From Nocardioidaceae bacterium (lineage in GTDB: Bacteria > Actinomycetota > Actinomycetes > Propionibacteriales > Nocardioidaceae): a stretch of 54,818 nucleotides of DNA. The first letter of the stretch is position 1; every line of letters begins with the position of its first letter. Made by a program: the position numbers and the translations under genes. Below are positions 11,301 through 20,368 of this stretch, one piece after another. A model generated the notes under the pieces. It did not search any database. It was not told the origin of the DNA and saw nothing but the letters and a program-made list of their open reading frames with translations. Where the stretch lies: NCBI GenBank assembly GCA_013696555.1, contig JACCYJ010000093.1, forward strand, positions 1 through 54,818, read 5' to 3'.

Positions 11301-11586
11301 GGTCGACCTGCGCGACCGCGGGCTGCGCGAGCCGCTGCCACTGCCCTTGGTTGCGGCGCACGAGTACGCCGCCTCCCGCCACGCCGGTGACACCGATGAG
11401 CTGTCGCGCCTGGCGGCGGGAAAGGGCTGGTCAGGCAGCTTCGATGGTGCCCTCGACGACTGGCACCTGCGGCTGTGGGGCGGGGAGGCGCCGTTCGACA
11501 GGGTGACCGAGGGCACGCCGTTCTACGAGCTCGCGCGCGAGCTGTGGTGGCCGCTGCTGGACGCCGAATCCTTGGGACCGGCGTGA
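8323..11586 (+). CDS. recC: Exodeoxyribonuclease V gamma subunit RecC
   Basis: DPFAREIVAVP.RGVERW; QVHACHGRSRQVEVLRE; LEPRDVLVMCPDIETYAPLI; MVPMRSVPHRVICLLGL; RHPLQPF. Confidence 0.96.
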   Translation: MALSIHRAERADALVRGLGGVLATGQPDPFAREIVAVPARGVERWVTQRLSYHLGSHDAAGICANVDFPSPGRLVADCIAAADGRESDDDPWASRRLVWTLLEMVDGDIPATQVDRRFLVAHHLTRLFTSYGEQRPSMVRSWAAGQVTDGAGGAVPADLVWQAELWRRVRTEIGSPSPPERLAGAVSVLSADPHLVDLPDRVSVFGPTRLTTEQVQVLTALGEHRDIHLWLLHPSAMLWDAVAQATPSNSRRHANPTIAVPRHRLLASLGRDAREMQLILAGAPATDRHHPLDAPAKTLLGRIQGDLRDDRVPAPTQELQPDDRSLQVHACHGRSRQVEVLREVLLGLLEADPTLEPRDVLVMCPDIETYAPLISGTFGLGDTDVSTSHPGHRLRVRLADRSLRQTNPLLDTIARLLDLADARVTASQVLDLVSLPPVRRRFKLDDEDLERLAEWISTSGVRWGLDAEHREPYRMAGVRQNTWQAGLDRLLLGVTMPEDDLQWLGLALPLDDVDSGDIDRAGRLGELVERLGTILDALNGEHSVRHWLATLSGALDLLTDVAESDEWQLAQARRELGDLATSAGERVDHIQLRLGDVRALLADRLKGRPTRANFRTGNLTMCSMVPMRSVPHRVICLLGLDDGVFPRSTGVDGDDILARGPLVGERDRRSEDRQLLLDAIMAAEEHLIVLYTGADERTGAERPPAVPLGEILDVVDATVHTDDGRPAREHVVVRHPLQPFDARNFEPGVLGVRGSFSHDQGALAGAEAAARPRQPEPPLLAMPLAPHDDPDGVVPLDRLVRFLEHPVRGFFTLRLGIGVPEEDEQLDDALHAELQPLDKWAVGDRWLQARLAGADPDAVKHVEWLRGTLPPGALGHALLTEVVAEGGPLIMAGEGERVGEAESYDVSVPLPDGRVVAGTVGAVYGRTVARTVYSRLGPKHRLRAWVLLLALAASRPGNDWRTVTIGRGRAKGKPPQRSVLVPPDDPASVLGALVDLRDRGLREPLPLPLVAAHEYAASRHAGDTDELSRLAAGKGWSGSFDGALDDWHLRLWGGEAPFDRVTEGTPFYELARELWWPLLDAESLGPA

Positions 11587-14500
11587 GCAGCCCGCCGCCG
11601 TTCAACAGTTGCGGTGACCTGCCGACCGGGACGACCGTCTTGGAGGCGAGTGCGGGCACCGGCAAGACGTTCACGATCGCGGCATTGGTCACCCGGTACG
11701 TCGCCGAGGGTCATGCCGAGCTGAGCGAGCTGATGCTCGTCACCTTCGGGCGGGCGGCGACCCAAGAGCTGCGGGAGCGGGTACGAGAGCGGCTCGTGAG
11801 CGCCGAGCGTGGCCTGGCCGACCCGGCGGCCGCGCGTGCCGACAGAGACGACGACCTGCTGCGGCAGCTCGCGAAGCCCGACGACGCCGAGGTGGCCCTG
11901 CGGCGCAAGCGGCTGGTCACCGCGCTCGCGGACTTCGACGCCGCCACGATCGCCACGACGCACGCGTTCTGTCAGCAGATGCTGATCGGGCTGGGCGTCG
12001 CCGGCGACTTCGAACCGGATGCGGTGTTCGTCGAAGACGTCGACGACATCATCACCGAGGTGGTCGACGACCTCTACCTCCGCAAGTGGGGACGGCCCGA
12101 CGCCGACCCGCCGCTGATGACGTACCCCGAAGCACAGTCGCTTGCTCGGACCGTGGTCGGTGACCGGCATGCGCTGATCGAGCCGCGGGACGCCGATCCG
12201 GACTCGGTGGCGGCCGCGCGGGTCCGGTTCGCCGAAGCCGTGCGCGCGGAAGTGGACCGGCGCAAGCGGCAGCGGCGATTGCGCGACTACGACGACCTGC
12301 TGACCCGGTTGCGCGACGCGCTACTCGACCCGGTCCGCGGTGAGTCGGCCTGTGCTCGCGTCCGGTCGCGCTACTCCGTGGTGATGGTCGACGAGTTCCA
12401 GGACACCGACCCGGTGCAGTGGCAGATCCTGCGCACTGCCTTCCACGGCCACACGACGCTGGTGCTGATCGGTGACCCGAAGCAGGCGATCTACGCCTTC
12501 CGCGGCGGCGACGTGACGACGTACCTGCTAGCGAGGCGAGATGCTTCCGCCGAGGCCACGCTGGCGAAGAACTGGCGCAGCGACGAGGTCCTGGTCGAGG
12601 GGCTCGGTCACGTGTTCGGCCAGGCAGCGCTGGGTGATCCCGGCATCGTGGTGCGGCCGGTGGACTCCGCGCATCCGGTGCGGCGGCTGAACGGAGCCCC
12701 GATCGACGCCCCGCTGCGGCTGCGGGTGCTCACCCGGGCGGCACTCGGGCAGAAACCCCGGGCCAAGCCGAAGGTCGGCGCGGTTCGCCCGGCGGTGGCC
12801 AGAGACGTGACAGCCGAGCTGGTAAGACTCCTCGACAGCAAGGCGCAGTTGCGGATCGACGGCAAATCCCGTCCGGTCGCGCCTGGCGACGTAGCCGTGC
12901 TGGTGCACACCAACCCGCAGGCGACGCTGGTGCACGACACGCTCCGAGCGGCCGGTGTGCCCGCCGTTCTCACCGGGGCCGTCGACGTCTTCCGCACCGC
13001 GATGGCGGCGGAGTGGCTGGTGCTGCTGCAGGCCCTCGAGCAGCCGCACCGGAAGGCCCGCGCGCGCACCGCTGCCCTCGGGTGCTTCCTCGGGTGGGAC
13101 GCGGCTGGCCTCGCGGCGGCCGGTGACGCCGCCATGGAGGAGCTCGGGCCGCGTCTCAGCGAGTGGGCCGCCGTCCTCGATCGCCGTGGCGTCCCAGCAC
13201 TGCTCGAGGTGGTCACCGGGGGTGGTCAGCTGCTGGAACGGTTGCTGGTGACAGCAGAGGGGGAGCGGCAGTTGACCGACCTGCGTCACATCGGCGAGGC
13301 GCTGCACGCCGCCGCGGTCGCCGAACAGCTCGGCACCTCGGCGCTCGTCGAGTGGCTGGCTCGGCGCATCCGCGATGCCCGCCCCGACGTCGAGGAGCGC
13401 AGCCGTCGGCTGGAGTCCGACGCCGAAGCCGTGCAGGTCATCACCGTACATCGCAGCAAGGGGTTGGAGTTCCCGGTCGTCTTCGTCCCGTTCGGATGGG
13501 ACCGCTGGATCCGCCCGGAGGACCACCCGCGGTTCCACGCGGACGGAGTGCGCAGCGTCGACGTCGGAGGCAAGGAAGGAGCGACGTACGCCGGGCACTG
13601 CGCCAGTCACGCCGAGGAAGAGACTGGCGAGTCGCTCCGGCTGCTCTATGTGGCGCTCACCCGGGCGCAGTGCCAGGTGGTCACCTGGTGGGCCCCTTCA
13701 TGGAACACAGCTGCCGCACCGATGCACCGGCTGCTTTTCGACGACTTCGCGCCGGAGCATGAACCCGCGGCCGAGGTCGCCCTGCCGGACGACGCTGCCG
13801 TCCGACAGCGGCTCTCGGACCTGCCGGACCGCTCGGGCGGAACGGTGTCGGTCGAGGAGGTCGTCGTGCCGCCGCAGCCGGTGGTGTGGGCGCCACCCGG
13901 CCGCACTCCACCGGCCCTGGTGGTGGCGACGTTCGACCGGACCCTGGACACCGCGTGGCGGCGGACGTCGTACTCGGCCCTGACAGCGGCCGCTCACGCC
14001 GTGCAGGGCGTCGCGAGCGAGCCGGAGGAGCGCGGGCTCGACGACGAGCCCGAGGTTGTCGAGGTGGTCACCGGCGGCGAGGACTCGGCTGACGAGGTGT
14101 TACGGGCAGTGACGTCGCCGATGGCCGGGCTACCGAGCGGCACCGGCTTCGGAATCGTCGTGCACTCGGTGCTGGAGCAGGTCGACACCGGCGCTGCCGA
14201 TCTCGCGGCCGAGCTCGGCGAGCGGAGCCGGGAGGTGCTCGCTCGCCGGTTGAGCACTTCCTACACCGCCGACACGCTGGCCGCCGCTCTACTGCCGGCG
14301 ATGGAAACCCCGCTCGGGCCGCTGACCGACGGAGTCCGGCTCCGGGACATCACAGCGGCGGATCGGCTGGCGGAGATGGACTTCGAGCTGCCGTTGGCCG
14401 GCGGGGACGACCCGATGGGGACGGCGACGACGCTGGCTGGCATCGCGGACCTGCTACGCCGACGCCTGTCCGACGACGATCCGTTCGCCGCGTACCCCGA

Positions 14501-14948
14501 TGGGCTCACCGGACCCGGCGTGCAGCAGCAACAACTGCGCGGATACCTCACCGGCAGCCTGGATGCAGTGCTGCGGCTCCGCGAGGCCGATGGCGAGCCG
14601 CGCTATGTGGTGGTCGACTACAAGACGAACTGGCTGGGCGGGGCGGCAGCCGAGCCGCTCACCGCCTGGCACTACCGGCCCGCGGCGCTCACCGAGGCGA
14701 TGCTCGCCTCGCACTACCCGTTGCAGCTCCTGCTGTATCTCGTCGCCCTGCACCGCTATCTGCGGTGGCGGCAACCGGGGTACGACCCGGAGCGACACCT
14801 GCGCGGCGGGCTGTACCTGTTCCTGCGCGGGATGTGCGGGCCGGCCACACCGGTGGTGGCCGGGGTGCCCTGCGGAGTCTTCGGCTGGGTGCCGCCATCT
14901 GGGCTGGTGGACGAGCTCTCGAGGCTACTTGCGGGTGGTGCTCCGTGA
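11583..14948 (+). CDS. recB: Exodeoxyribonuclease V beta subunit RecB
   Basis: GTG overlaps the recC stop; EASAGTGKTFTI, DEFQDTD, IGDPKQAIYAFRG, TVHRSKGLEF, LLYVALTRA; nuclease motif VVDYKTN. Confidence 0.96.
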   Translation: MSSPPPFNSCGDLPTGTTVLEASAGTGKTFTIAALVTRYVAEGHAELSELMLVTFGRAATQELRERVRERLVSAERGLADPAAARADRDDDLLRQLAKPDDAEVALRRKRLVTALADFDAATIATTHAFCQQMLIGLGVAGDFEPDAVFVEDVDDIITEVVDDLYLRKWGRPDADPPLMTYPEAQSLARTVVGDRHALIEPRDADPDSVAAARVRFAEAVRAEVDRRKRQRRLRDYDDLLTRLRDALLDPVRGESACARVRSRYSVVMVDEFQDTDPVQWQILRTAFHGHTTLVLIGDPKQAIYAFRGGDVTTYLLARRDASAEATLAKNWRSDEVLVEGLGHVFGQAALGDPGIVVRPVDSAHPVRRLNGAPIDAPLRLRVLTRAALGQKPRAKPKVGAVRPAVARDVTAELVRLLDSKAQLRIDGKSRPVAPGDVAVLVHTNPQATLVHDTLRAAGVPAVLTGAVDVFRTAMAAEWLVLLQALEQPHRKARARTAALGCFLGWDAAGLAAAGDAAMEELGPRLSEWAAVLDRRGVPALLEVVTGGGQLLERLLVTAEGERQLTDLRHIGEALHAAAVAEQLGTSALVEWLARRIRDARPDVEERSRRLESDAEAVQVITVHRSKGLEFPVVFVPFGWDRWIRPEDHPRFHADGVRSVDVGGKEGATYAGHCASHAEEETGESLRLLYVALTRAQCQVVTWWAPSWNTAAAPMHRLLFDDFAPEHEPAAEVALPDDAAVRQRLSDLPDRSGGTVSVEEVVVPPQPVVWAPPGRTPPALVVATFDRTLDTAWRRTSYSALTAAAHAVQGVASEPEERGLDDEPEVVEVVTGGEDSADEVLRAVTSPMAGLPSGTGFGIVVHSVLEQVDTGAADLAAELGERSREVLARRLSTSYTADTLAAALLPAMETPLGPLTDGVRLRDITAADRLAEMDFELPLAGGDDPMGTATTLAGIADLLRRRLSDDDPFAAYPDGLTGPGVQQQQLRGYLTGSLDAVLRLREADGEPRYVVVDYKTNWLGGAAAEPLTAWHYRPAALTEAMLASHYPLQLLLYLVALHRYLRWRQPGYDPERHLRGGLYLFLRGMCGPATPVVAGVPCGVFGWVPPSGLVDELSRLLAGGAP

Positions 14949-16852
14949 CCGTGGTCGACGAGACTCCGCTGGTCGACGAGGGCGACCCCTATGACGTCCG
15001 GCTGGCGCTAGGGGCGACGGGGTCGTTGCGTGCGTTCAACCAGGCAGGGGTGCTCACATCCGCAGACGTGCATGTCGCCTCTCGGCTCGGCCGGCTGGCG
15101 CAAGAGCACGAGGAGCGGGTGCTGCTCGCGGTGGCCCTGGCGGTGCGCGGCGTACGACTCGGATCGGTCTGCGTCGACCTCCCCGGCCTCCGGGAGACGG
15201 TGACGTCCGACGACGACTCGGGCACCGACCTCGATGCCTTGCCGTGGCCGGACCCGAGGGAGTGGCTCGAGGTCACCGCCGCCAGCTCGCTCGTCGCGGT
15301 CGGAGACTCGGTGGTGCCGGCTCCTTCGAGCCAGCAGACCGGTCATCCGCTGCGCCTGGTCGGGTCGTTGCTCTACCTCGACCGCTACTGGCGTCAGGAG
15401 CAGCTGGTACGCGAGGAGCTCGACGCCCGGGCCTCGAGGGTCGTACCGCCCGTCGACGCTGACGCCCTCCGGGCCGGGCTGGCGCGGCTCTTCCCCGACC
15501 AGGACCCCGACCGGCAGCGGTTGGCGGCGGCCACTGCGGTGCTGCGGTCGATCACGGTGGTTGCGGGTGGTCCCGGCACCGGTAAGACGACCACGGTGGC
15601 GCGCCTCATCGAGCTGCTGCGTTCGCTGCCTGGCCAGGCGCCGCGGATCGCCTTGGCCGCGCCGACGGGCAAGGCGGCTGCCCGGCTCGAGGAGGCGGTG
15701 CGCGGACTGGATGTCACCGACATCTCCGCGTCGACGCTGCATCGGCTGTTGGGGCGCAAACCGGGCAGCCGCAGCCGATTCCGCCACGACCGTCATGACC
15801 GGTTGCCGTACGACGTGGTCGTCGTCGACGAGTCGTCGATGGTGTCGCTCACGCTGATGTCGCGGTTGATGGAGGCGCTGCGGCCGGAGTCCCGGCTGGT
15901 GCTGGTAGGCGACCCGGATCAGCTGACGTCGGTGGAGGCGGGCGCAGTGCTCGGCGACGTCGTCGCGCGGCCGGCTCCGACAGGAGCAACGGTGCCGGCG
16001 CAGCTGGCGGAGGTGGTGCCGGCGGACATTGCGGAAGCCGACCGGGCTGAGCTGCGCAACGGTGTCGTGCGGCTCACGGTGATTCGTCGCTTCGGTGCGG
16101 AGATCGGGGCGTTGGCCGCCGCGATCAGGGACCAGGACGAGGATGTCGTGCTGGCGCTGCTGCGCGACGGCGGGCCTTCGGTGTCGTATGTCGAAGCCGC
16201 GGAGGACGGGTCGCTGACTTCCGGCAAGCTTGGCGGGCTGCGCGACGACGTGGTGTCCGCCGCGGGGGCGCTCACCCAGGTAGCGGATGCCGAGCATGCT
16301 CGGGAGGCGCTGGTGGCGTTGGGTCGGCACCGGCTGCTGTGCGCGCACCGGCGCGGGCCCTACGGCGCGACGCACTGGACCGAGCAGGTCGAGCGGTGGC
16401 TCGCCGAGGCACTTGGCCGGCCTCCGGACGCGGGCACGTGGTACCGAGGGCAGCCGTTGCTGGTGACCGCCAACGACTACGAGATCGAGCTGTTCAACGG
16501 CGACAGTGGTGTGGTGGTCGACGGCGGTGAGCGGGGTCTGCTGGCCGCATTCGCCCGAGGTGGTGCACCCATGTTGCTCAGCCCGCACCGGCTCTCGGCG
16601 GTGCAGACCGTGCATGCCATGACAGTCCACAAGGCCCAGGGCAGCCAGTTCGACCGGGTGAGCCTGGTGCTGCCGCCGGAGCAGTCCCGGGCGCTGACCC
16701 GCGAGCTGCTGTACACCGCCGTGACCCGAGCGCAGACGCACGTCCGCGTCATCGGGTCGGAGACCGCCGTACGCCGGGCGGTGTCGCGTCGGGTGGCGCG
16801 GGCGAGCGGACTGCGCGGGCCGGTGGCTGCAGGCAGCCATGAGCAGTTGTGA
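14945..16852 (+). CDS. recD: Exodeoxyribonuclease V alpha subunit RecD
   Basis: GTG overlaps the recB stop; LYLDRYW, GGPGTGKTT, AAPTGKAAARL, VVVDESSM, GDPDQL, TVHKAQGSQF, LLYTAVTRA. Confidence 0.96.
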   Translation: MTVVDETPLVDEGDPYDVRLALGATGSLRAFNQAGVLTSADVHVASRLGRLAQEHEERVLLAVALAVRGVRLGSVCVDLPGLRETVTSDDDSGTDLDALPWPDPREWLEVTAASSLVAVGDSVVPAPSSQQTGHPLRLVGSLLYLDRYWRQEQLVREELDARASRVVPPVDADALRAGLARLFPDQDPDRQRLAAATAVLRSITVVAGGPGTGKTTTVARLIELLRSLPGQAPRIALAAPTGKAAARLEEAVRGLDVTDISASTLHRLLGRKPGSRSRFRHDRHDRLPYDVVVVDESSMVSLTLMSRLMEALRPESRLVLVGDPDQLTSVEAGAVLGDVVARPAPTGATVPAQLAEVVPADIAEADRAELRNGVVRLTVIRRFGAEIGALAAAIRDQDEDVVLALLRDGGPSVSYVEAAEDGSLTSGKLGGLRDDVVSAAGALTQVADAEHAREALVALGRHRLLCAHRRGPYGATHWTEQVERWLAEALGRPPDAGTWYRGQPLLVTANDYEIELFNGDSGVVVDGGERGLLAAFARGGAPMLLSPHRLSAVQTVHAMTVHKAQGSQFDRVSLVLPPEQSRALTRELLYTAVTRAQTHVRVIGSETAVRRAVSRRVARASGLRGPVAAGSHEQL

Positions 16853-16859
16853 TGACGTT

Positions 16860-16878
16860 TTACTCATGACATGAGTAA
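16860..16878. promoter_or_regulatory. Perfect inverted repeat over the RHH start codon (probable autoregulatory operator)
   Basis: TTACTCATG-A-CATGAGTAA, 9-bp arms, containing the ATG at 16871. Confidence 0.6.
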
Positions 16879-16985
16879 GCGGCTCCAGGTGGTCGTCGAC
16901 GACCGCGAGTTCGCGGACCTCCGACGCATTGCCGAAGCGGAGGGCCTGACCGTGTCCGAGTGGGTGAGGCAGACTGCCCGGCTGA
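16871..16985 (+). pseudogene. Ribbon-helix-helix (CopG/VapB-like) antitoxin N-terminal remnant
   Basis: MSKRLQVVVDDREFADLRRIAEAEGLTVSEWVRQ is a typical RHH fold. After about 38 codons the frame runs antisense into the methyltransferase; no toxin gene follows. Confidence 0.65.
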
Positions 16986-17621
16986 CTAACCCCGCCTCGC
17001 CGTTCCCAGAACGTGCGGCGACGTGGGTAGCGCCACCCGGATGTCGGGCAGCCGAAAGGACTCGAGTTGGTCGATGCGAAAGCCGGCCGATTCGATCTCG
17101 CTTATCGTGTCGCGGTGGGTATGGCAGCCGCCAGCGATGCGCGGCCAGACAGTCGCATCGAGGCCGCGCTGAACCCGCGCCAGTCGAGGGGTGTCGGCGC
17201 GAACGTGCTCGAAGAAACGCAGCTGGCCACCGGGGCGTAACACCCGGTGGATCTCGGCCAGCGCCTGGACCGGATCGGGCACGGAGCACAACACCAACGA
17301 GGTCACGGCGGCGTCAACGCTGGCGTCGGCCATCGGCAGTCGTGATGCCTCACCCGTGACCACCGCCACGGGGACGCTCGCTTCGAGCGCGGCCAGCTCG
17401 GCGAGCCCACGAAGGTGCGGCTCAGGCTCCAGCGCGAGTACGTGGCTCACCGACGTGGGGTAGTGCGCGAAGTTGAGCCCGTTGCCGGCACCCACCTCGA
17501 CGACTCTGCCGGTCAGCCCCGCGAGCAGCCGATGCCGATGGGGGCCGAGCTCCGGCTCCATCCGCTGACTCAGCCATGCGTAGGCACGGGCGAAGAAGGG
17601 GTGTCGGTACGAGTCAGCCAT
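16986..17621 (-). CDS. Class I SAM-dependent methyltransferase
   Basis: VVEVGAGNGLNF, LVLCSVPD, RVLRPGG.LRFFEH; start taken at MADSYRHPFFAR. Confidence 0.9.
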   Translation of the reverse strand: MADSYRHPFFARAYAWLSQRMEPELGPHRHRLLAGLTGRVVEVGAGNGLNFAHYPTSVSHVLALEPEPHLRGLAELAALEASVPVAVVTGEASRLPMADASVDAAVTSLVLCSVPDPVQALAEIHRVLRPGGQLRFFEHVRADTPRLARVQRGLDATVWPRIAGGCHTHRDTISEIESAGFRIDQLESFRLPDIRVALPTSPHVLGTARRG

Positions 17622-17760
17622 GGACCTCAGCATGACCGAAACGGCACCGGGTGAGCAGCAGCGCCGAAGCAGCATGCATGCGATGTACGAGGGTCGAGTG
17701 CATCTGCAGCCGCATGATGCCTGCGGACAGACGGGCGCGAACTCGCTACCGTAGCCGCCC

Positions 17761-18522
17761 ATGAGGCGCGAAGATGCCCGTCAGCGAGCTGAGGTCATGG
17801 CGGAGCGCTGGCGCTCCGGTGACACGTTGGCGGCGATCGGAGATGACTTCGGACTCTCCCGCCAGCGGGTGCAGCAGATCCTCCATCACCATGGTCTGGC
17901 CACCGCTGAGGATGCCGCGCAGGCGCGGCGCAAGGCACGAGACCGCGTCGACGACGACGACCGGCAGCAAATGCGCGCCTGGTTGACGAAGAACCCCGGT
18001 GCCAGCCGCAGTCAGCTGGCAGCCGCGGTCCACCTGCCGTCGGCTCGAGTAGGGGCCCTGCTTGAGGACGACATGCGTCGCCTTCTCGTCACCAACCACA
18101 CCCAGGCCTCGCGGTGGAGCGACGACGAGGTCCTCGACGGCTTGCGCCGAGCCGCCGCAGAGTCCGGGCAACCGCTCACCGGAGAGGCCTACCGTCGCTG
18201 GATGGCGGAGCACGGCGGCCCCACCAGTGGTCGGATCGGGCAGCGGTGGGGGACGTGGCGTAAAGCCTGCCTCGCCGCTGGCCTGGACGTGGGTCCGGTC
18301 AAGCGGACCTATAACCGACGCTGGTCGAAGGGACTCATGATCTCCCTCGTCGCGGACTACCTCGCGGAGACCAAGGGTGCCGGCACGCACTCTGGGTTCG
18401 AGGAGTGGGCGCGACACCGCAGGGACTCCCCAAGTCCAACAACGCTGCGCAACACCTTCGGGGCATGGACCGAGGCACGACGAGCCGGTCTGCGGCTACT
18501 GGCGCAGCGTTCAGCGCACTGA
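17761..18522 (+). CDS. HTH (sigma region 4-like) protein with two homing-endonuclease-associated repeats
   Basis: TLAAIGDDFGLSRQRVQQI; second HTH-like segment SRSQLAAAVHLPSARV; repeats WSDDEVL...Y..W...GPTSGRI..RWGTW..A..AAGL and WSKGLMI...F..W...SPSPTTL..TFGAW..A..AGL. No nuclease motif seen. Confidence 0.7.
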   Translation: MRREDARQRAEVMAERWRSGDTLAAIGDDFGLSRQRVQQILHHHGLATAEDAAQARRKARDRVDDDDRQQMRAWLTKNPGASRSQLAAAVHLPSARVGALLEDDMRRLLVTNHTQASRWSDDEVLDGLRRAAAESGQPLTGEAYRRWMAEHGGPTSGRIGQRWGTWRKACLAAGLDVGPVKRTYNRRWSKGLMISLVADYLAETKGAGTHSGFEEWARHRRDSPSPTTLRNTFGAWTEARRAGLRLLAQRSAH

Positions 18523-18585
18523 TCGCACGAGTGCCGAAACCTCGGGTACTTGCTGGATTGGCTGCCGCTCTGTCATCTGGTCAGT

Positions 18586-19668
18586 GTGGACCAGACTGAT
18601 CCCGTGCCGCCGTCATGGGTTCTGCACGTAGACCTCGACCAGTTCGTCGCGGCCGTGGAGGTGCTGCGCCGACCGGAGCTGGCACGGCTACCGGTTGTCG
18701 TGGGCGGTCGCGGGGACCCCAGCGAGCGAGGCGTCGTGTCGACCGCATCGTACGAAGCGCGAGCCTTCGGAGTCGGCTCGGGGATGCCGCTGCGGATGGC
18801 GGCCCGCAAGTGCCCGGACGCGGTTTTCGTGCCGGTCGATGCACCCGCGTACGAGGCGGCGTCCTTGGCCGTGATGGCGGTCCTTCGGACGCTGACTCCC
18901 GTGGTGGAGGTGCTCGGCTGGGACGAGGCGTTCCTCGCCGTGGAGACCGCGGACCCGGAAGCCTTCGGGCGCGATGTCCAAGCGCAGATCCTGGCGCGGT
19001 GCCAGCTGCACAGCTCCGTGGGCGTGGGTGACAACCGGCTTCGAGCGAAGATCGCGACCGGTTACGCCAAGCCGGCGGGGATATTCCGGCTTACCGAGGA
19101 CAACTGGTTCGAGGTGATGGCGGACCGGGCGCCGGACGCCTTGTGGGGGATCGGGCGCAAGACCGCGAAGCGGCTGGCGGCTCACGGCTTGCACACTGTC
19201 CGGCAGCTCGCCGACGCCGACCCGACCTGGCTGGCCGAGCAGCTAGGCCCGGTTATGGGTCCGTGGTACCGGCGGCTGGCCCGTGGTGTCGACCGCACTC
19301 TGGTCACGTCGGACCCCTACATCGCTCGGTCTCACGGCCGCGAGACCACCTTCCAGGCGGACATCACGGCGCGCTCCGAGGTCGAGGAGCACGTCCGTCG
19401 GCTCGCCCGCCGGGTCGCCCACGATGTGCACGGCGACGGACGGCCGGTGATTCGGGTGTGGTTGAAGGTGCGGTACGCACCGTTTCAGACGCACACCTAC
19501 AGCGTCGCGCTGAAGCCGCCGACCGACGAGGCGAGCGTCATCGAGCGGGCAGCCGTTGGCTTGCTGACCAAGGTCGACGCGGCACGGGCGGTCCGGCTGC
19601 TCGGCGTCCGGGCCGAGCTGGCTGCGCCGGGGCCGGACTCGGAGGACCGTGTCCAGGTGTCGTCCTGA
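18586..19668 (+). CDS. dinB: DNA polymerase IV (Y family, DinB2-like)
   Basis: LHVDLDQFVAAVE, VVSTASYEARAFGV.SGMP, GWDEAFL, AKIAT..AKPAG, LWGIG.KT, VRLLGV. Confidence 0.93.
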   Translation: MDQTDPVPPSWVLHVDLDQFVAAVEVLRRPELARLPVVVGGRGDPSERGVVSTASYEARAFGVGSGMPLRMAARKCPDAVFVPVDAPAYEAASLAVMAVLRTLTPVVEVLGWDEAFLAVETADPEAFGRDVQAQILARCQLHSSVGVGDNRLRAKIATGYAKPAGIFRLTEDNWFEVMADRAPDALWGIGRKTAKRLAAHGLHTVRQLADADPTWLAEQLGPVMGPWYRRLARGVDRTLVTSDPYIARSHGRETTFQADITARSEVEEHVRRLARRVAHDVHGDGRPVIRVWLKVRYAPFQTHTYSVALKPPTDEASVIERAAVGLLTKVDAARAVRLLGVRAELAAPGPDSEDRVQVSS

Positions 19669-19706
19669 GCTCGGCGGACCGTCGTCCTCGTCGAGGGTTC
19701 GCCGCC

Positions 19707-20255
19707 CTAGCGGATCAGGTCTGCCGGGCGGATCCTGACCGGGTACGGCTGCGCGACGGTATGACTCTCGTCATCGACGACATGAGCGACTTCGACGTAC
19801 GCGTCGTCGATGAGCTGCCAGGCGGTGAACGAGGGCTCCTTCGGGTCGACGACCCAGTACGACGCGCAGCCGGCTGCTTCGAATCGTGAGTGCTTGAGGG
19901 TCAGGTCGATGCGGCGAGTGCTGGGGGAGAGAACCTCCACGGCGAGCACCGGCGCTGTCGGCAGGTCGCGGTCGGTCACGTCGCGCCGACGGGCGACCAG
20001 CAGGTCCGGCTGCATGACCGTGTCGTCAGCCAGCGCCACGTCGAACGGCGCCAGCAGGACCTCGAGCTCCGGCGGGCATGCCTGCCGGAGCAAGAGATGC
20101 AGCTCTCCGACCGCTCGTTGGTGGTAGTGGCCCGGTGCCGGGGTCACGATCAGCGACCCGTCGATGAGCTCGTAGCGGTGCCCGTCATCGGGCATCGATT
20201 CCAGATCGGCACGGGTCAGCGGCCGGCTGCGCGGCAGGGTCGTCACAATCCCCAT
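19707..20255 (-). CDS. Uma2-family PD-(D/E)XK endonuclease-like protein
   Basis: YELIDGSLIVTPAP..HQ, QPDLLV, LAVEVLSPST...D...K, YWVVDP. Confidence 0.9.
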   Translation of the reverse strand: MGIVTTLPRSRPLTRADLESMPDDGHRYELIDGSLIVTPAPGHYHQRAVGELHLLLRQACPPELEVLLAPFDVALADDTVMQPDLLVARRRDVTDRDLPTAPVLAVEVLSPSTRRIDLTLKHSRFEAAGCASYWVVDPKEPSFTAWQLIDDAYVEVAHVVDDESHTVAQPYPVRIRPADLIR

Positions 20256-20368
20256 GGTGCCTCCTCCCATCATTCGCGACCAGCGGTACGCGTTGTCGTC
20301 GATCCACGATCGGAGTGTTGTCGACGGACCCGACTCTCGGTGCCCGTCCACAAGTCACACTGGGAGAC

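Noticed and set aside
15008..16867. Long antisense ORFs (also 51438..53243, 30094..31386, 36377..37759, 28808..30040)
   Set aside because: Stop-poor shadow frames opposite well-supported genes, as expected in high-GC DNA; no motifs.
18523..18585. SOS box or PafBC motif upstream of dinB
   Set aside because: No adequate match to TCGAAC-N4-GTTCGA or TGTCRG-N10-TANNNT.
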